Shown here in pieces: positions 30,091-39,825 of a DNA stretch of 64,000 bases. Below the pieces are notes generated by a model. It was given only the letters and a program-made list of their open reading frames with translations, was not told where the DNA came from and searched no databases. A program made the position numbers and the translations under genes. This stretch comes from a virus (Duplodnaviria; Caudoviricetes). Numbering within the stretch: the first letter of the stretch is position 1; each line of letters starts with the position of its first letter. Location of the stretch: positions 2,469 through 66,468 of the IMG/VR virus record IMGVR_UViG_3300033066_001827; one strand, written 5' to 3'.

Positions 30091-30596
30091 CAGCGACTAT
30101 CCAGTCGACAGCTCGTAAGACTGCCCGGACATCGGCTTCTCCTGTACACCACGGCCTCTATCACTTCACTAAGAAGTTGGTAGCTAGCAAGGTTCACGAA
30201 CAGGTTAAACCCATTACGGATTTCCGCGAATCGATGGTTGATCTCCACGCGATGTGGTACGACATCGAGCAGCACTGGCAGTCTTTTCTCAGCTCAGTCC
30301 GCAAAGGCCGCGAAGGGCATCAAGCCCAGGCCGGGATGCTTGCTGATCGTTTAATGAATGTAGCAGCTGCATTATTCACTACCGCGGTGTGTTGTGCCCA
30401 GCGACCTGGGAGCAAGCAAATGGCTGTTCATGAGGGCGGTATCAATGCGCTTCTCACCTACGGCAACTGCCCAGCCTGCGACGCCCAGGGCGATATCGAG
30501 TCTGTCATGCCTGGGATTCACGGAGCCAAGTGGAAGCTCCGGTGCCCCGCCTGCCACTACAGCTGGTTGGCAGAACCTGAAGATCGCCAGTCGTAG
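30018..30596 (+). CDS. Hypothetical protein with a C-terminal zinc ribbon
   Basis: CPAC...CPAC pair; start uncertain. Confidence 0.55.
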   Translation: MVKFVRYLLSGLEPRQLDAEAPELTATIQSTARKTARTSASPVHHGLYHFTKKLVASKVHEQVKPITDFRESMVDLHAMWYDIEQHWQSFLSSVRKGREGHQAQAGMLADRLMNVAAALFTTAVCCAQRPGSKQMAVHEGGINALLTYGNCPACDAQGDIESVMPGIHGAKWKLRCPACHYSWLAEPEDRQS

Positions 30597-30599
30597 ACC

Positions 30600-31040
30600 C
30601 TCAGACACGAATCTTAAAACCTCCAGGAACGGCTCTGGCTTCGAGCCAGTGCCACGATCTCGGCTTTCGTCGACACTCAGGGCGTCGAGGCCGTCAGCCG
30701 GGCCGCAGGGAGGCTGGTCAGGGTTGGTGGTTTTAGGGTTTCATTCACACCTCAAACCCTAAAAACAGGGTATTATGAGCATTTCTATGAGATTGAATGG
30801 TTTTCGTTGGATTGTATTTTGCCTTACGTATGGAGCTGTCGCTCCAACGACAAAATCAAATTTTATTAGTATCCAGGCTTAGAATACAACCAACTGAAAT
30901 CACTCTCTGAGCACTGAAGTCAATCACTGACACCACTGTTATAAAAAATCTTCGTTTTTACCACTTGTCTGCCTGTTTGTTCAACCTTACAATCAAGCTT
31001 GTGCGTCGCACAAGCTTGCGGTGAAAAAAGGAGCCGCTTG
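30600..31040. promoter_or_regulatory. AT-rich intergenic region with inverted repeats; candidate promoter/replication origin
   Basis: Perfect 12-bp arms CAAGCTTGTGCG-T-CGCACAAGCTTG (30994-31018); 11-bp stem TTTTAGGGTTT/AAACCCTAAAA (30731-30764); boundary between packaging and replication modules. Confidence 0.5.
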
Positions 31041-31042
31041 CT

Positions 31043-32104
31043 GTGCAAAGGATTAAGTTTGTTTTCGTCCCTGATCGAGACCCGTCTCAGTTCCCGAACA
31101 AGATCAAGCCTGCTTTCATCAGTCGAATCTTCCCGTTTGTTGCTGGTATGGCTGCCTCCAGACTTGGATGGATAAAGTACTACAGAGAAAAACGGAACTA
31201 CGGCTCGGTACAACTCGCTGCACACATTCTCCAGCGGTTGTCTCGAAGGTTTCTCCGTCAGAACGCCTCGGTGGTGCTTTCCATCGATTCGCCAGAAACA
31301 CCGGAACCTCTAAACACCATTGGTAACGGCTATCGGCACGCGATCTGTTACAACTGCCCGCCATCGTTCTGCAGCTTCTATTTCCCAGACGGTGGGAAAC
31401 GAAAGCTTCGGCGCTGTGGCCAACGTACTTGTCCTTTTTGCCACTATCTCCGGGCCTACCGGTTACTTCTCCGGCTCAAGGAAGAAATTCCGGCCGTTCT
31501 TGATGCCTGGCCTAGCACCTTTCTTCACTGCTATGAGGCTAGGTTCGACTCGGGTGTCACTGCAGACGAAGTGCGGACGAAGATCACAACTCTTGTAAGA
31601 AAACTAGGCAGGCGCCGCAATGTCGTAGGTCTTGTCTGGTACTTTCGCCCGTTGTACCTCAAGAAAACCCACGACGTCATCTGGCGGGCTCGACTGATGG
31701 TACTTGCTTCTGCTGATTTCTATGTGCGAGAAGAAGAGAAGAGGCAGAGCGGATTTGAAATGATCAAAGCGACACAGCTCAGCACTAAGAGTCTGGTCAA
31801 GGCAATCGGCTGGCTCATGTCCTGGGGCAAGTACCCCTTCTGGTTCAACGAGGAAATACTTGCTGCCTGGAATCAGGTCCTCACTATCGGTAGGACCTAC
31901 AACTGTTCAGGTATCGCCAGGAGGAACTACGACAGATCTGTGCTCGACCACTTTTATCGCCTTGCCGCCAAAGCCAGAGCTAAGGTGCTGAAGAGATCGA
32001 AAAGGATTTTGCGTAAAGACGGTAGCATCAAACCACAGGTGCCCGTATCATTACTGCGTGCGAGTCAGCAGTCCTTCCTGGCTTCCACACCACCCCCACC
32101 CTAA
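31043..32104 (+). CDS. Rolling-circle Rep_1-like protein with a degenerate HUH motif
   Basis: CGQRTCPFC Zn-finger, VVGLVWYFRP...WRARLMVL at the HUH position, GKYP, GRTYNCSG; AAGGAG RBS. Confidence 0.5.
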   Translation: MQRIKFVFVPDRDPSQFPNKIKPAFISRIFPFVAGMAASRLGWIKYYREKRNYGSVQLAAHILQRLSRRFLRQNASVVLSIDSPETPEPLNTIGNGYRHAICYNCPPSFCSFYFPDGGKRKLRRCGQRTCPFCHYLRAYRLLLRLKEEIPAVLDAWPSTFLHCYEARFDSGVTADEVRTKITTLVRKLGRRRNVVGLVWYFRPLYLKKTHDVIWRARLMVLASADFYVREEEKRQSGFEMIKATQLSTKSLVKAIGWLMSWGKYPFWFNEEILAAWNQVLTIGRTYNCSGIARRNYDRSVLDHFYRLAAKARAKVLKRSKRILRKDGSIKPQVPVSLLRASQQSFLASTPPPP

Positions 32105-32141
32105 ACGAGAGCGGATTTCCCCCCGCTCTCGTTTTCTTTTT
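32103..32141 (+). terminator. Rho-independent terminator
   Basis: AAACGAGAGCGG/CCGCTCTCGTTT stem followed by a T-rich tail. Confidence 0.8.
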
Positions 32142-32152
32142 GAAAGGCACAC

Positions 32153-32761
32153 ATGTCCAGCAATCCCCTGTCCGACCAGGTCGAGCAGTTCAAACGAGAT
32201 TTGCAGTTACGTAACGGCACGGTCGAACAAGGCTTAATCATTCTCTTTGCCTATGCCACGGAGGTCAGCCCACAACGACCGGGCCTGCAGGTCTATTTGG
32301 ACACCATGCTTGGTCCACCTAAACAGATGGAGCATATAGGCAAGCTGGACTACAAGCTGTTGGAACTGAAGCGGACGCCTTCTGGGATGCTACATGCCCG
32401 TGTAGGGTTGAGTGCCGAGCAGGTTCGAGTAGTCGATTCTGTCCTGGCTGGCACACACCCGCTAGGAGTCATTCAACCTGACGATAAGTTCGACTTCTCC
32501 ACCGGTAAAGAGATCTGCTATCTGAGCTTCCATTTCGAGGATGGGAGCGTCATGACTGTCGATGTTGAGCGGCAGTTGAACTTCATCGGTGTTGGTTGCT
32601 ACCTCAGCCTAGACATCAACCTGATCGACAGCTTGCCGCCTATTGGCAGCCAGAAAACCATTCTCGGCGATTACTTCCTCAGTGTCACAGATGAGTCCGA
32701 GCTGCCTGAAGGAGCTCCCCGCCCGCATACGCACGCAATAACTATCGAACAACTTCCCTGA
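32153..32761 (+). CDS. Hypothetical protein
   Basis: 202-aa ORF, AAAGG RBS. Confidence 0.6.
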   Translation: MSSNPLSDQVEQFKRDLQLRNGTVEQGLIILFAYATEVSPQRPGLQVYLDTMLGPPKQMEHIGKLDYKLLELKRTPSGMLHARVGLSAEQVRVVDSVLAGTHPLGVIQPDDKFDFSTGKEICYLSFHFEDGSVMTVDVERQLNFIGVGCYLSLDINLIDSLPPIGSQKTILGDYFLSVTDESELPEGAPRPHTHAITIEQLP

Positions 32762-32774
32762 CATAGGAGCTACT

Positions 32775-33947
32775 GTGCTCAAGTTAACGCCTATTGACGC
32801 CCGCTTTATCGTGATCACCTCGGATGAGCACGCCCCTCCTGTTCTGGAGCGAGGAGCTTGGGGTAGTCGCCCGGAGATTCGAGGAGACTTTGAAGCCGCC
32901 GCGGAGGCCGTTACAGACTGGTGCGAAGCTAACCATCAATACGGCATCGTACGCATTTCCGCTGGGGACACTCTCGACAGCTCAGAGCCTTCTCCTGATC
33001 GCCTGCGCTGGCTGGCTGAATACTTCGAACAACACCTCCAGTTCTGCAAGGCCTATTACTACATCCAAGGCCAGCACGATATGGCTGTTCGCTGCCCGCA
33101 AGTGTCCTGGTTGTCTGTGGTGTGCCGCAACCCCAAGATGCAGTATGTAAACCAAGGAGTGGCCAGCATTTCAGGCAGGAAGTTCTTGTTTCACGACCAC
33201 ACGACGGCAGCTACGTTGTTTGGGTTCATTGAGCAGGTTCTGGAGTCTGAGGCTACGGCAGAGGATGAGAAGGTCACGCTGATCGCCCATCAACTCTGGT
33301 ACCCCTGGCTACCGGCTAGCCGAATGTACCCCAGCCTAAAAGCCCTCCCTGTTGAAGTGACTTCAGTGTTCAGCGGTGATTACCACGTTCAAAAGGACGA
33401 GGTGATAACTACCAACTTCGGACACAATGTTCGTTGTGTCTCAGTGGGGCCATTCAACATCCAGGACATTTCGGAGCCACCAGAAGGCCGATTTATCGTC
33501 ATCGATACGTCTGACTGGAGTGTTCAGTCTGTCCCCCTCCCTCGCCGACCGGTAATCCGAGTCGACCTACACACTGAGGACGACTTGGCGAAGTTTGTAC
33601 ACTACGCAGCTTCGTTGCCAAATTGTGCTTTACATGCTTTTGAGCGACCCATCATTCGTGTTGCTTATCGCACAGCGATTGAGAACGTCGTAAAGACTCT
33701 CATAGAAGTGTGCGAGCACAAAGCTCACCTGTTTTCTGTGCCCATCGCAGCAGTGGAAGGCGTTAATCTTCTACAGGTTTACCGTCGGGGTAATCATGAC
33801 GATGTCGTGCAATGTGTCGAGGCCTCTGGCATGGCACCACAAGGTACTCGTGTACGTGACATCGTGGATACTGTGCTGGAAATCAAAGACAGGAAGGTTC
33901 TGATGGACAGGCTTAATGAGCTGCGTCTGACTTCTGCAAAATCCTAG
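32775..33947 (+). CDS. sbcD: SbcD/Mre11/gp47-like metallophosphoesterase nuclease
   Basis: SDEH, AGD, GQHD, AHQ, GDYH motifs; adjacent to the SbcC-like gene. Confidence 0.8.
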   Translation: MLKLTPIDARFIVITSDEHAPPVLERGAWGSRPEIRGDFEAAAEAVTDWCEANHQYGIVRISAGDTLDSSEPSPDRLRWLAEYFEQHLQFCKAYYYIQGQHDMAVRCPQVSWLSVVCRNPKMQYVNQGVASISGRKFLFHDHTTAATLFGFIEQVLESEATAEDEKVTLIAHQLWYPWLPASRMYPSLKALPVEVTSVFSGDYHVQKDEVITTNFGHNVRCVSVGPFNIQDISEPPEGRFIVIDTSDWSVQSVPLPRRPVIRVDLHTEDDLAKFVHYAASLPNCALHAFERPIIRVAYRTAIENVVKTLIEVCEHKAHLFSVPIAAVEGVNLLQVYRRGNHDDVVQCVEASGMAPQGTRVRDIVDTVLEIKDRKVLMDRLNELRLTSAKS

Positions 33948-33957
33948 AAAGGTTCAC

Positions 33958-36081
33958 ATGTACATAGAGAGGCTTTTGCTGCAGAGATTCTGCCAGCACG
34001 GAGAGCGGGAGATCTCGTTTTGCCCCGGGCTCAACGTCATTGTCGGTCCGATTGGTTCAGGTAAGTCAAACATCCTGAAAGCCATTCGGTTGATCTTTAC
34101 TAACTACAGTGGTAACGAAGGCAATAAGGATGCGGACATCCAGGCCGGGGCTGACCCTAGCCTGATATCAGCTGTAACCTTGACAGGTGTTCATCGCGAT
34201 CAACGGTTCTTTGCCACGCGCAAACTTCGGCCTTCTTCCCGAGAGTTCTATTGGGAAGGCAGCGACACCAAGCTGCGTGCCGAAAAGGCGATTGCCGATG
34301 AGCTTCAGACCCGTATGGGTGTTGATGTTAACATGTTTGATGAGTTTGTGATTGTGCCTCAGGGCGAGATCGCCAACATTATCGATATGGATGACGCCAA
34401 GCGCACTGAAGCCATGCACAACCTGGTTGGGCTTAACCGGTACTCCAAACTCTATGCCTGGTTATCCGACTATTTGTCGACAGTTGTTGTGCCTGTGATA
34501 CCCGAAAACGATGAGGAGATCAGTAAGCAGCTGGCTAAGCACAGGGAAGCCAAGTTCCAGCTGGAAGCCTCGGTAAAGACTTACCAAGAGGCCCTGAACT
34601 CTGTGGGTGACTTGGGCAAAGCGCAACAGGTTATACAGAACCAGGCACTGGTCACTTCGCTTACCAGTAGCATTGCTACTAACGACACGAGTCGCAAAAC
34701 TGCTCAAGAATCCATGAATGCCTGGCAAACACATATGCAAGGCATTCAGGCTAAAGTGGATTTGATGACGGTTAAGCATGACGGGTATAAGGCTGAAGAA
34801 ACCTCTATTCTCGCCTCGCTGGAAGCGGCGAGAACCTGGGAGCTGTATGATTCTTACGCAGCCCGTATGTCCGCGATGGAGAATATGTGTGTTGAACCGC
34901 CAAAGCCTGCGGACTACTTGGCAGTAGACGCGGAGTCGCTCAAGGTCAAGCAGTCAGTTCTTTCTGAGTTGTCTGTTCTTCAGCACATCAAGCGGTTGGT
35001 GGACTCTGGTAATCCTTCTTGTCCTACCTGTCTTCGACCTGTCGAGCAGGACATGCGGGCAGGCCTGGATAAGCTACCAGTCCTGGCTCAGCAGTTAGCT
35101 GAAATCGAAAGGCGAGAGCAACTTTCTCGTCAGTACGATTTAGCCTTTTCGAACTGGCAGAACGCCAAAGTTGCTGCAGATAAGGCTTTGCCGGCGCTTC
35201 GAGAAAGCCAGGCCTCCTTAGGGCTGACAGTTGAGTCAGTTCGTCCGGCTATTAATTCAGCGACACTAGCTGTCGGCCTGGCGACAACAAGGAAGCATAT
35301 CGAATCAGCTGCTTCGTCTTTAACGCTCTTGAAGACAGACCTGGAGAACGCAAAAGCCTCTGTAACAGCTTTCGCTGCGCAGCTCCAGACACTGGAGACT
35401 GAGGCGACGACTCTGGGGCAGCAACTGGCAGCACTGCCTGGCATTGACGATGCTTCGTATCAGGCTGCTTTACTGGCTACAACACAGGCTACGCAGCTTA
35501 AAGAGGCAGTGGCCACACGAGTTGGTGAGTTGAATGCTACTAACTCGCACATAGCAGGGCTGGAGGCCAGGCTGACGAAGGCTGTGGAAGCAAAGAAAGA
35601 GGCCGAGGCTGTAGCCCGTTGGCGTGTTGACGTCGAGACCAGTCGGGCCTTGTTCCACCGGGATAAGCTACCTTTCGAGCTAGCTAAGAACGGCATGCTA
35701 GCGCTGGCTGCCAGGATGAATGAGGTACTGACTGCTTTTGGAGCAGGCTATCGTGTTCATGCGGGTAATGGCTCCAGTTTCAAGGCCAGTTTCTACAACC
35801 AGCCCGGTAAGGGAGTGCAGCCTGACAACCGACTTTCTGGCGGTGAACGAGCACAGTACGGCTTGGCTCTGCGTGTGGCAGCTCATTCGCTGTGGGCACA
35901 GGAGCTGGGGTTTTTGGCCATGGACGAGCCCACCTATGGTTTTGGCCAAAATGACATAGGATGTGTTCGCGTAGCGATTGAGGAGCTACGACGGCTTTCT
36001 AACGAACAAGGGTTGCAAGTGATTGTCGTGACTCACGAGCGGTCTCTGTTACCTTTGTTTGATCACGTTATCGAGGTATAG
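33958..36081 (+). CDS. sbcC: SbcC/Rad50/gp46-like SMC ATPase
   Basis: GPIGSGKS, coiled coil with CPTC zinc hook, LSGGE, MDEPT, VTH. Confidence 0.92.
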   Translation: MYIERLLLQRFCQHGEREISFCPGLNVIVGPIGSGKSNILKAIRLIFTNYSGNEGNKDADIQAGADPSLISAVTLTGVHRDQRFFATRKLRPSSREFYWEGSDTKLRAEKAIADELQTRMGVDVNMFDEFVIVPQGEIANIIDMDDAKRTEAMHNLVGLNRYSKLYAWLSDYLSTVVVPVIPENDEEISKQLAKHREAKFQLEASVKTYQEALNSVGDLGKAQQVIQNQALVTSLTSSIATNDTSRKTAQESMNAWQTHMQGIQAKVDLMTVKHDGYKAEETSILASLEAARTWELYDSYAARMSAMENMCVEPPKPADYLAVDAESLKVKQSVLSELSVLQHIKRLVDSGNPSCPTCLRPVEQDMRAGLDKLPVLAQQLAEIERREQLSRQYDLAFSNWQNAKVAADKALPALRESQASLGLTVESVRPAINSATLAVGLATTRKHIESAASSLTLLKTDLENAKASVTAFAAQLQTLETEATTLGQQLAALPGIDDASYQAALLATTQATQLKEAVATRVGELNATNSHIAGLEARLTKAVEAKKEAEAVARWRVDVETSRALFHRDKLPFELAKNGMLALAARMNEVLTAFGAGYRVHAGNGSSFKASFYNQPGKGVQPDNRLSGGERAQYGLALRVAAHSLWAQELGFLAMDEPTYGFGQNDIGCVRVAIEELRRLSNEQGLQVIVVTHERSLLPLFDHVIEV

Positions 36082-36083
36082 AG

Positions 36084-37571
36084 ATGAAGATTCTCTGCAA
36101 TAGCCGGGCGTGCTTACTCCCGGCTTTGCCCGTTCATGTCATGGATGCGTTCACAAAGGCCTTCACTTACCGTCATCGCAAGTGGATTACGGGAAAAGAC
36201 GCCTGGGAGAGGTTTGGCAAAAGCAGCGGGAATGAATTTACCACCAAGACATTCATTTGCCCGTCTGCCAATGGCAGTGGCTTCGCCCTACCTGGTGGGG
36301 CTGTGGAAGATGCTTGCGATATTCTTCGCTTGCATGGCTACCAGCCGGAGATTGAGTATCGCGACTTTTATGACCTCCGGCCGGATTGGACGAGACTCAA
36401 AGCTAAAGTGCAATTCCGGCCATCCCAAGAAGAAACGTTGCAAACACTCACTAGCAACTACTTCGGGGGCTTGCATGCGTCACCAGGTTACGGAAAGAGC
36501 TACCTCATCTACTGCCTGACTGAGCTTTACCCCAACAGCACGTTTGACATCGTGGCGGACTCAACTGTGGTGTGCCGGCAGTTGTTCGACTATCTGGAGC
36601 CCTACATTCCCGACCTTGGCCTCTACGGAGACGGCTCGAGAAAGAAAGGTCGTGTAACGATCTACACGATCGACTCTCTGCATAACTCAGACGGAGAAGC
36701 TCATTTTCTGCTGGTCGACGAAGTGCATTCGGCGGTCACAGAAAAGGCTTCCGCTAAGTATGGCAAATACCGGCGAGCACGACGGTACTGGTTTTCAGCT
36801 ACGCCGGAAGGCAGAGCTGACAACTCAGACTGTCGAGTGCCAGTGCTGTTTGGTCGTACTAGAGCCAAGTTCAGCTATCAGGACTGCGTGCGACTAGGGC
36901 TGGTGGTCAACATTCAGGTGAACTGGTTGACTATGGATATGCCGCACAACCCAGCAGAGGGGGAGTCTGATCGCACAGTCATGGGTCGGATTGCTATCTG
37001 GCGTAATGAACGTCGGCACCGCATGTTGGCTGATGTAATTAACGCTATCCCTGAGGATCAACAGGTACTCGTGCTCACTTCTCGAGTTGAGCATTTGTGT
37101 CATTTGGCCCCTTATCTTAAAGGGTTCCAGATTGGATTTGGCCACAGCAAGAACTCCATAGCTGAGGCTGCTTCCTGGGTACCATACAACAAGATCTCCT
37201 CTGATGTTTTGGAGGATCGAAAACGCAAGAATCAAGAGCTACGCAAGGCTTTTGGTCGTGGCGATGTGAAAAGGATGCTGGTCACCAGCATCTGGGACAC
37301 TGGCGCCAATTTTCCTTATCTTCAAAACATTTTTCGTACAGACCCGTTTGATGGCGGGGAAATCAAGGACATTCAGGCCCCAGGGCGAGCTAGTCGACTT
37401 GGCGATGGGGACAAAGGTGTTGGGATGCTCTATGACACCATTGACCGTTACGACGCCAAGCTATACGATATCGCTCGCAACAAGCGCTCGGTCTACAGGT
37501 CTCAGGGGTGGGACGAAGTAGGCTGGGTTCAGAAGGATGACCCACCATGTCAGTTCATTCCGACGAACTAA
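36084..37571 (+). CDS. Superfamily 2 helicase (UvsW-like)
   Basis: ASPGYGKS, VDEVH, SAT, DTGANFP, QAPGRASR. Confidence 0.85.
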   Translation: MKILCNSRACLLPALPVHVMDAFTKAFTYRHRKWITGKDAWERFGKSSGNEFTTKTFICPSANGSGFALPGGAVEDACDILRLHGYQPEIEYRDFYDLRPDWTRLKAKVQFRPSQEETLQTLTSNYFGGLHASPGYGKSYLIYCLTELYPNSTFDIVADSTVVCRQLFDYLEPYIPDLGLYGDGSRKKGRVTIYTIDSLHNSDGEAHFLLVDEVHSAVTEKASAKYGKYRRARRYWFSATPEGRADNSDCRVPVLFGRTRAKFSYQDCVRLGLVVNIQVNWLTMDMPHNPAEGESDRTVMGRIAIWRNERRHRMLADVINAIPEDQQVLVLTSRVEHLCHLAPYLKGFQIGFGHSKNSIAEAASWVPYNKISSDVLEDRKRKNQELRKAFGRGDVKRMLVTSIWDTGANFPYLQNIFRTDPFDGGEIKDIQAPGRASRLGDGDKGVGMLYDTIDRYDAKLYDIARNKRSVYRSQGWDEVGWVQKDDPPCQFIPTN

Positions 37572-38194
37572 CTCCTGGAGAGGAGTCAGTTCGTTCTATC
37601 TATCGAACTGCCTACCATAAGTTCATTCAGACTAAGGCGGGCAGCAAACCAGTTTCTCCAAGGTATGTAGAAGACAAAACCGCTAGTCTTGACAAGAAAA
37701 CTGGCCCGGAAAGAACCAGTTTTTGGACTAAGCTTGACCACTATTGCTTGAGTCGCAGTCTCGAACCTACGAGATTGGCTCAGGCTTTTTTCACGCAGAA
37801 ACAAGCAGCTAGTAACTACATGCTTATCCGGCATGAAGACATTTTCAAAGATGGCGTGTTGTCTACTTACAACCAACTCAAGCCCAGCTTGGAAATGTTC
37901 AAAGACCAGTTGCGAATGCAGCACCAGCAATTGGAAGTTATCTCAAGATCTCAGGCCCTTGTGCACGGCATACCTCCAGCCGAATCCATGCCTGCTGCTG
38001 TTCAGATGATGACAAACCAGTTCTGCCCTTTGTTTCGTTATTGCGTGCTGCGGGGGGCTAATGATGAAGCCGCGAAGAAATGGTTCTTTGCGGCTTTTGC
38101 TCAATACAAGCCAGATCGTGAGATCTACGATCAAGGCTGGGGAGACTTCATCCCTGCTGACCTGAAGCAAGCTGTGACGGAGGGAGCCCGATGA
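37547..38194 (+). CDS. Hypothetical protein (possible helicase loader by position)
   Basis: 215 aa between the SF2 and DnaB-like helicases. Confidence 0.5.
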   Translation: MSVHSDELTPGEESVRSIYRTAYHKFIQTKAGSKPVSPRYVEDKTASLDKKTGPERTSFWTKLDHYCLSRSLEPTRLAQAFFTQKQAASNYMLIRHEDIFKDGVLSTYNQLKPSLEMFKDQLRMQHQQLEVISRSQALVHGIPPAESMPAAVQMMTNQFCPLFRYCVLRGANDEAAKKWFFAAFAQYKPDREIYDQGWGDFIPADLKQAVTEGAR

Positions 38195-39822
38195 GCTTTA
38201 ACAACCAGCCACAAGCCCGACCGATTCAATCACTGGTCAAGCAGCAGCTCGACTACATGGTTGCGGCGGTCATGTGGATTCCCGATCTATTTGCTTCTGC
38301 AAAAGGACGGCTTCTCCCAGAGTATTTCGATCGTCCTGGTGAAGCTCAGTATGCTGTTGTCCTGCGTGCCCTCTACGCTTTGGCCGAGGACCATTCAGGC
38401 AGGTTGCCGTTGGAGGCGTTAGCTAACACGGTTTACCTTCGCATCATGACCATGGCGGAAAATGAGATTAAAGGCTCGGCCCCAGGGGTCTACTCCGATC
38501 TGATGACTGCAGGTAACGTCTTCCACCTAGCGACTTCTGCTTACAACAACACGAATCTCAATCGTAGTGAAGCGTTTGCGCTTATGCAGGCGTTTCTCAA
38601 CGAGAGAAGAGTATTACGCAAGTTGGGCAGTATTCTCGCCCAGGGCTGCACGACTCAGACACAGGCTCAACTCCACGAGCTGTATCACGATGCTTCCCGT
38701 ATCCAAGCCATCGGCTCTACTGCTGTTCTGCCGGCCACACACATCCGGACTCCTACTGTTGGTATTCAGCTACAGCCGACAGGGTTGCCCTACATCGATT
38801 ACCGCATCGGTGGTGGCGTCAGCAAAGGCAAGATCTACAGCTTGATCGGCCCGACAGGTGTTGGTAAGACCCTCAACATGGTGGCCATCATGTGTTCCTC
38901 TGCTATTCAAGAGCAGGTGCGACACGTCACTATGACTGAGCAGTTCGGGGCTGCGTCTTCACAGCTGGGTAACTACTACTACTTCTGTTACGAAGGTGAC
39001 CGAGCTGAAATTGTCCGACGCTGCATTGCCTATCTGGCGCACATACCTCTACGACGAATCGAAAGGTTCGAGACCGAGGAAGGCTACAGCTTGTGTGGTC
39101 CTACTGAACCGCTCCCGGATTACGAAGTAAACCTGTTTCCTGACAGGGTAGGCCCCGAAGGGGAGCCGTTGTTGTCCGAGATCGAGAGGTACTACAACGC
39201 CAATGCTGTCCTAGCAAGGAATGTCTTTGTCATCGAGATGATACCCAGCCCGCAAGACCCCAAGCGTGGCTCCGGGTATGTGCAGGAAATCCAGAATGTC
39301 TTGTTAGCGCAACAGGAAGACGGCCATCCGGTTGTTGGTTACTACATCGACTACGCCAAGGTGGCAGCCAGGAACCACTGCGGCAACAAGCTGGATAACC
39401 TTCGCCACCTCATTGGCGGTATGCCCAACGAATGCATTCGCAGTCTGAATAACTACCTCCCTCGTGCTCACGGGTGGATAGCCAATCAGGTGAACACGGA
39501 AGCAAATCGTCGAGCAGCTACCTGGGTTCCTCACCACTCCTATGCGTCTGAAGCAGGAGATTTTGGCGATAATTGCCATTACGCTCTGTGCCTCGGTACT
39601 CGCAGTGAGAGCGACAACTGTTGCTTGATCAATTGTTCGAAACATCGTGGCTTTCAGCCCACGCCTCCTTCTGTGCTTTACATCCACGGTGCCTTAAACC
39701 GCATGGTGTGTATGGATCAGCTCATCGATTTGGATACCTCCACCGGGCAGTTCCTGCACCGGCAGAACTTCACTCGAGACGAGAAGGGGGTCATGGTTGT
39801 GCCTTTCAAGAAGGGAGCTTAA
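38191..39822 (+). CDS. DnaB-like replicative helicase
   Basis: GPTGVGKT, YYIDY, WIANQVN, SEA..., SKHR arginine-finger region. Confidence 0.85.
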   Translation: MSFNNQPQARPIQSLVKQQLDYMVAAVMWIPDLFASAKGRLLPEYFDRPGEAQYAVVLRALYALAEDHSGRLPLEALANTVYLRIMTMAENEIKGSAPGVYSDLMTAGNVFHLATSAYNNTNLNRSEAFALMQAFLNERRVLRKLGSILAQGCTTQTQAQLHELYHDASRIQAIGSTAVLPATHIRTPTVGIQLQPTGLPYIDYRIGGGVSKGKIYSLIGPTGVGKTLNMVAIMCSSAIQEQVRHVTMTEQFGAASSQLGNYYYFCYEGDRAEIVRRCIAYLAHIPLRRIERFETEEGYSLCGPTEPLPDYEVNLFPDRVGPEGEPLLSEIERYYNANAVLARNVFVIEMIPSPQDPKRGSGYVQEIQNVLLAQQEDGHPVVGYYIDYAKVAARNHCGNKLDNLRHLIGGMPNECIRSLNNYLPRAHGWIANQVNTEANRRAATWVPHHSYASEAGDFGDNCHYALCLGTRSESDNCCLINCSKHRGFQPTPPSVLYIHGALNRMVCMDQLIDLDTSTGQFLHRQNFTRDEKGVMVVPFKKGA

Positions 39823-39825
39823 CCA

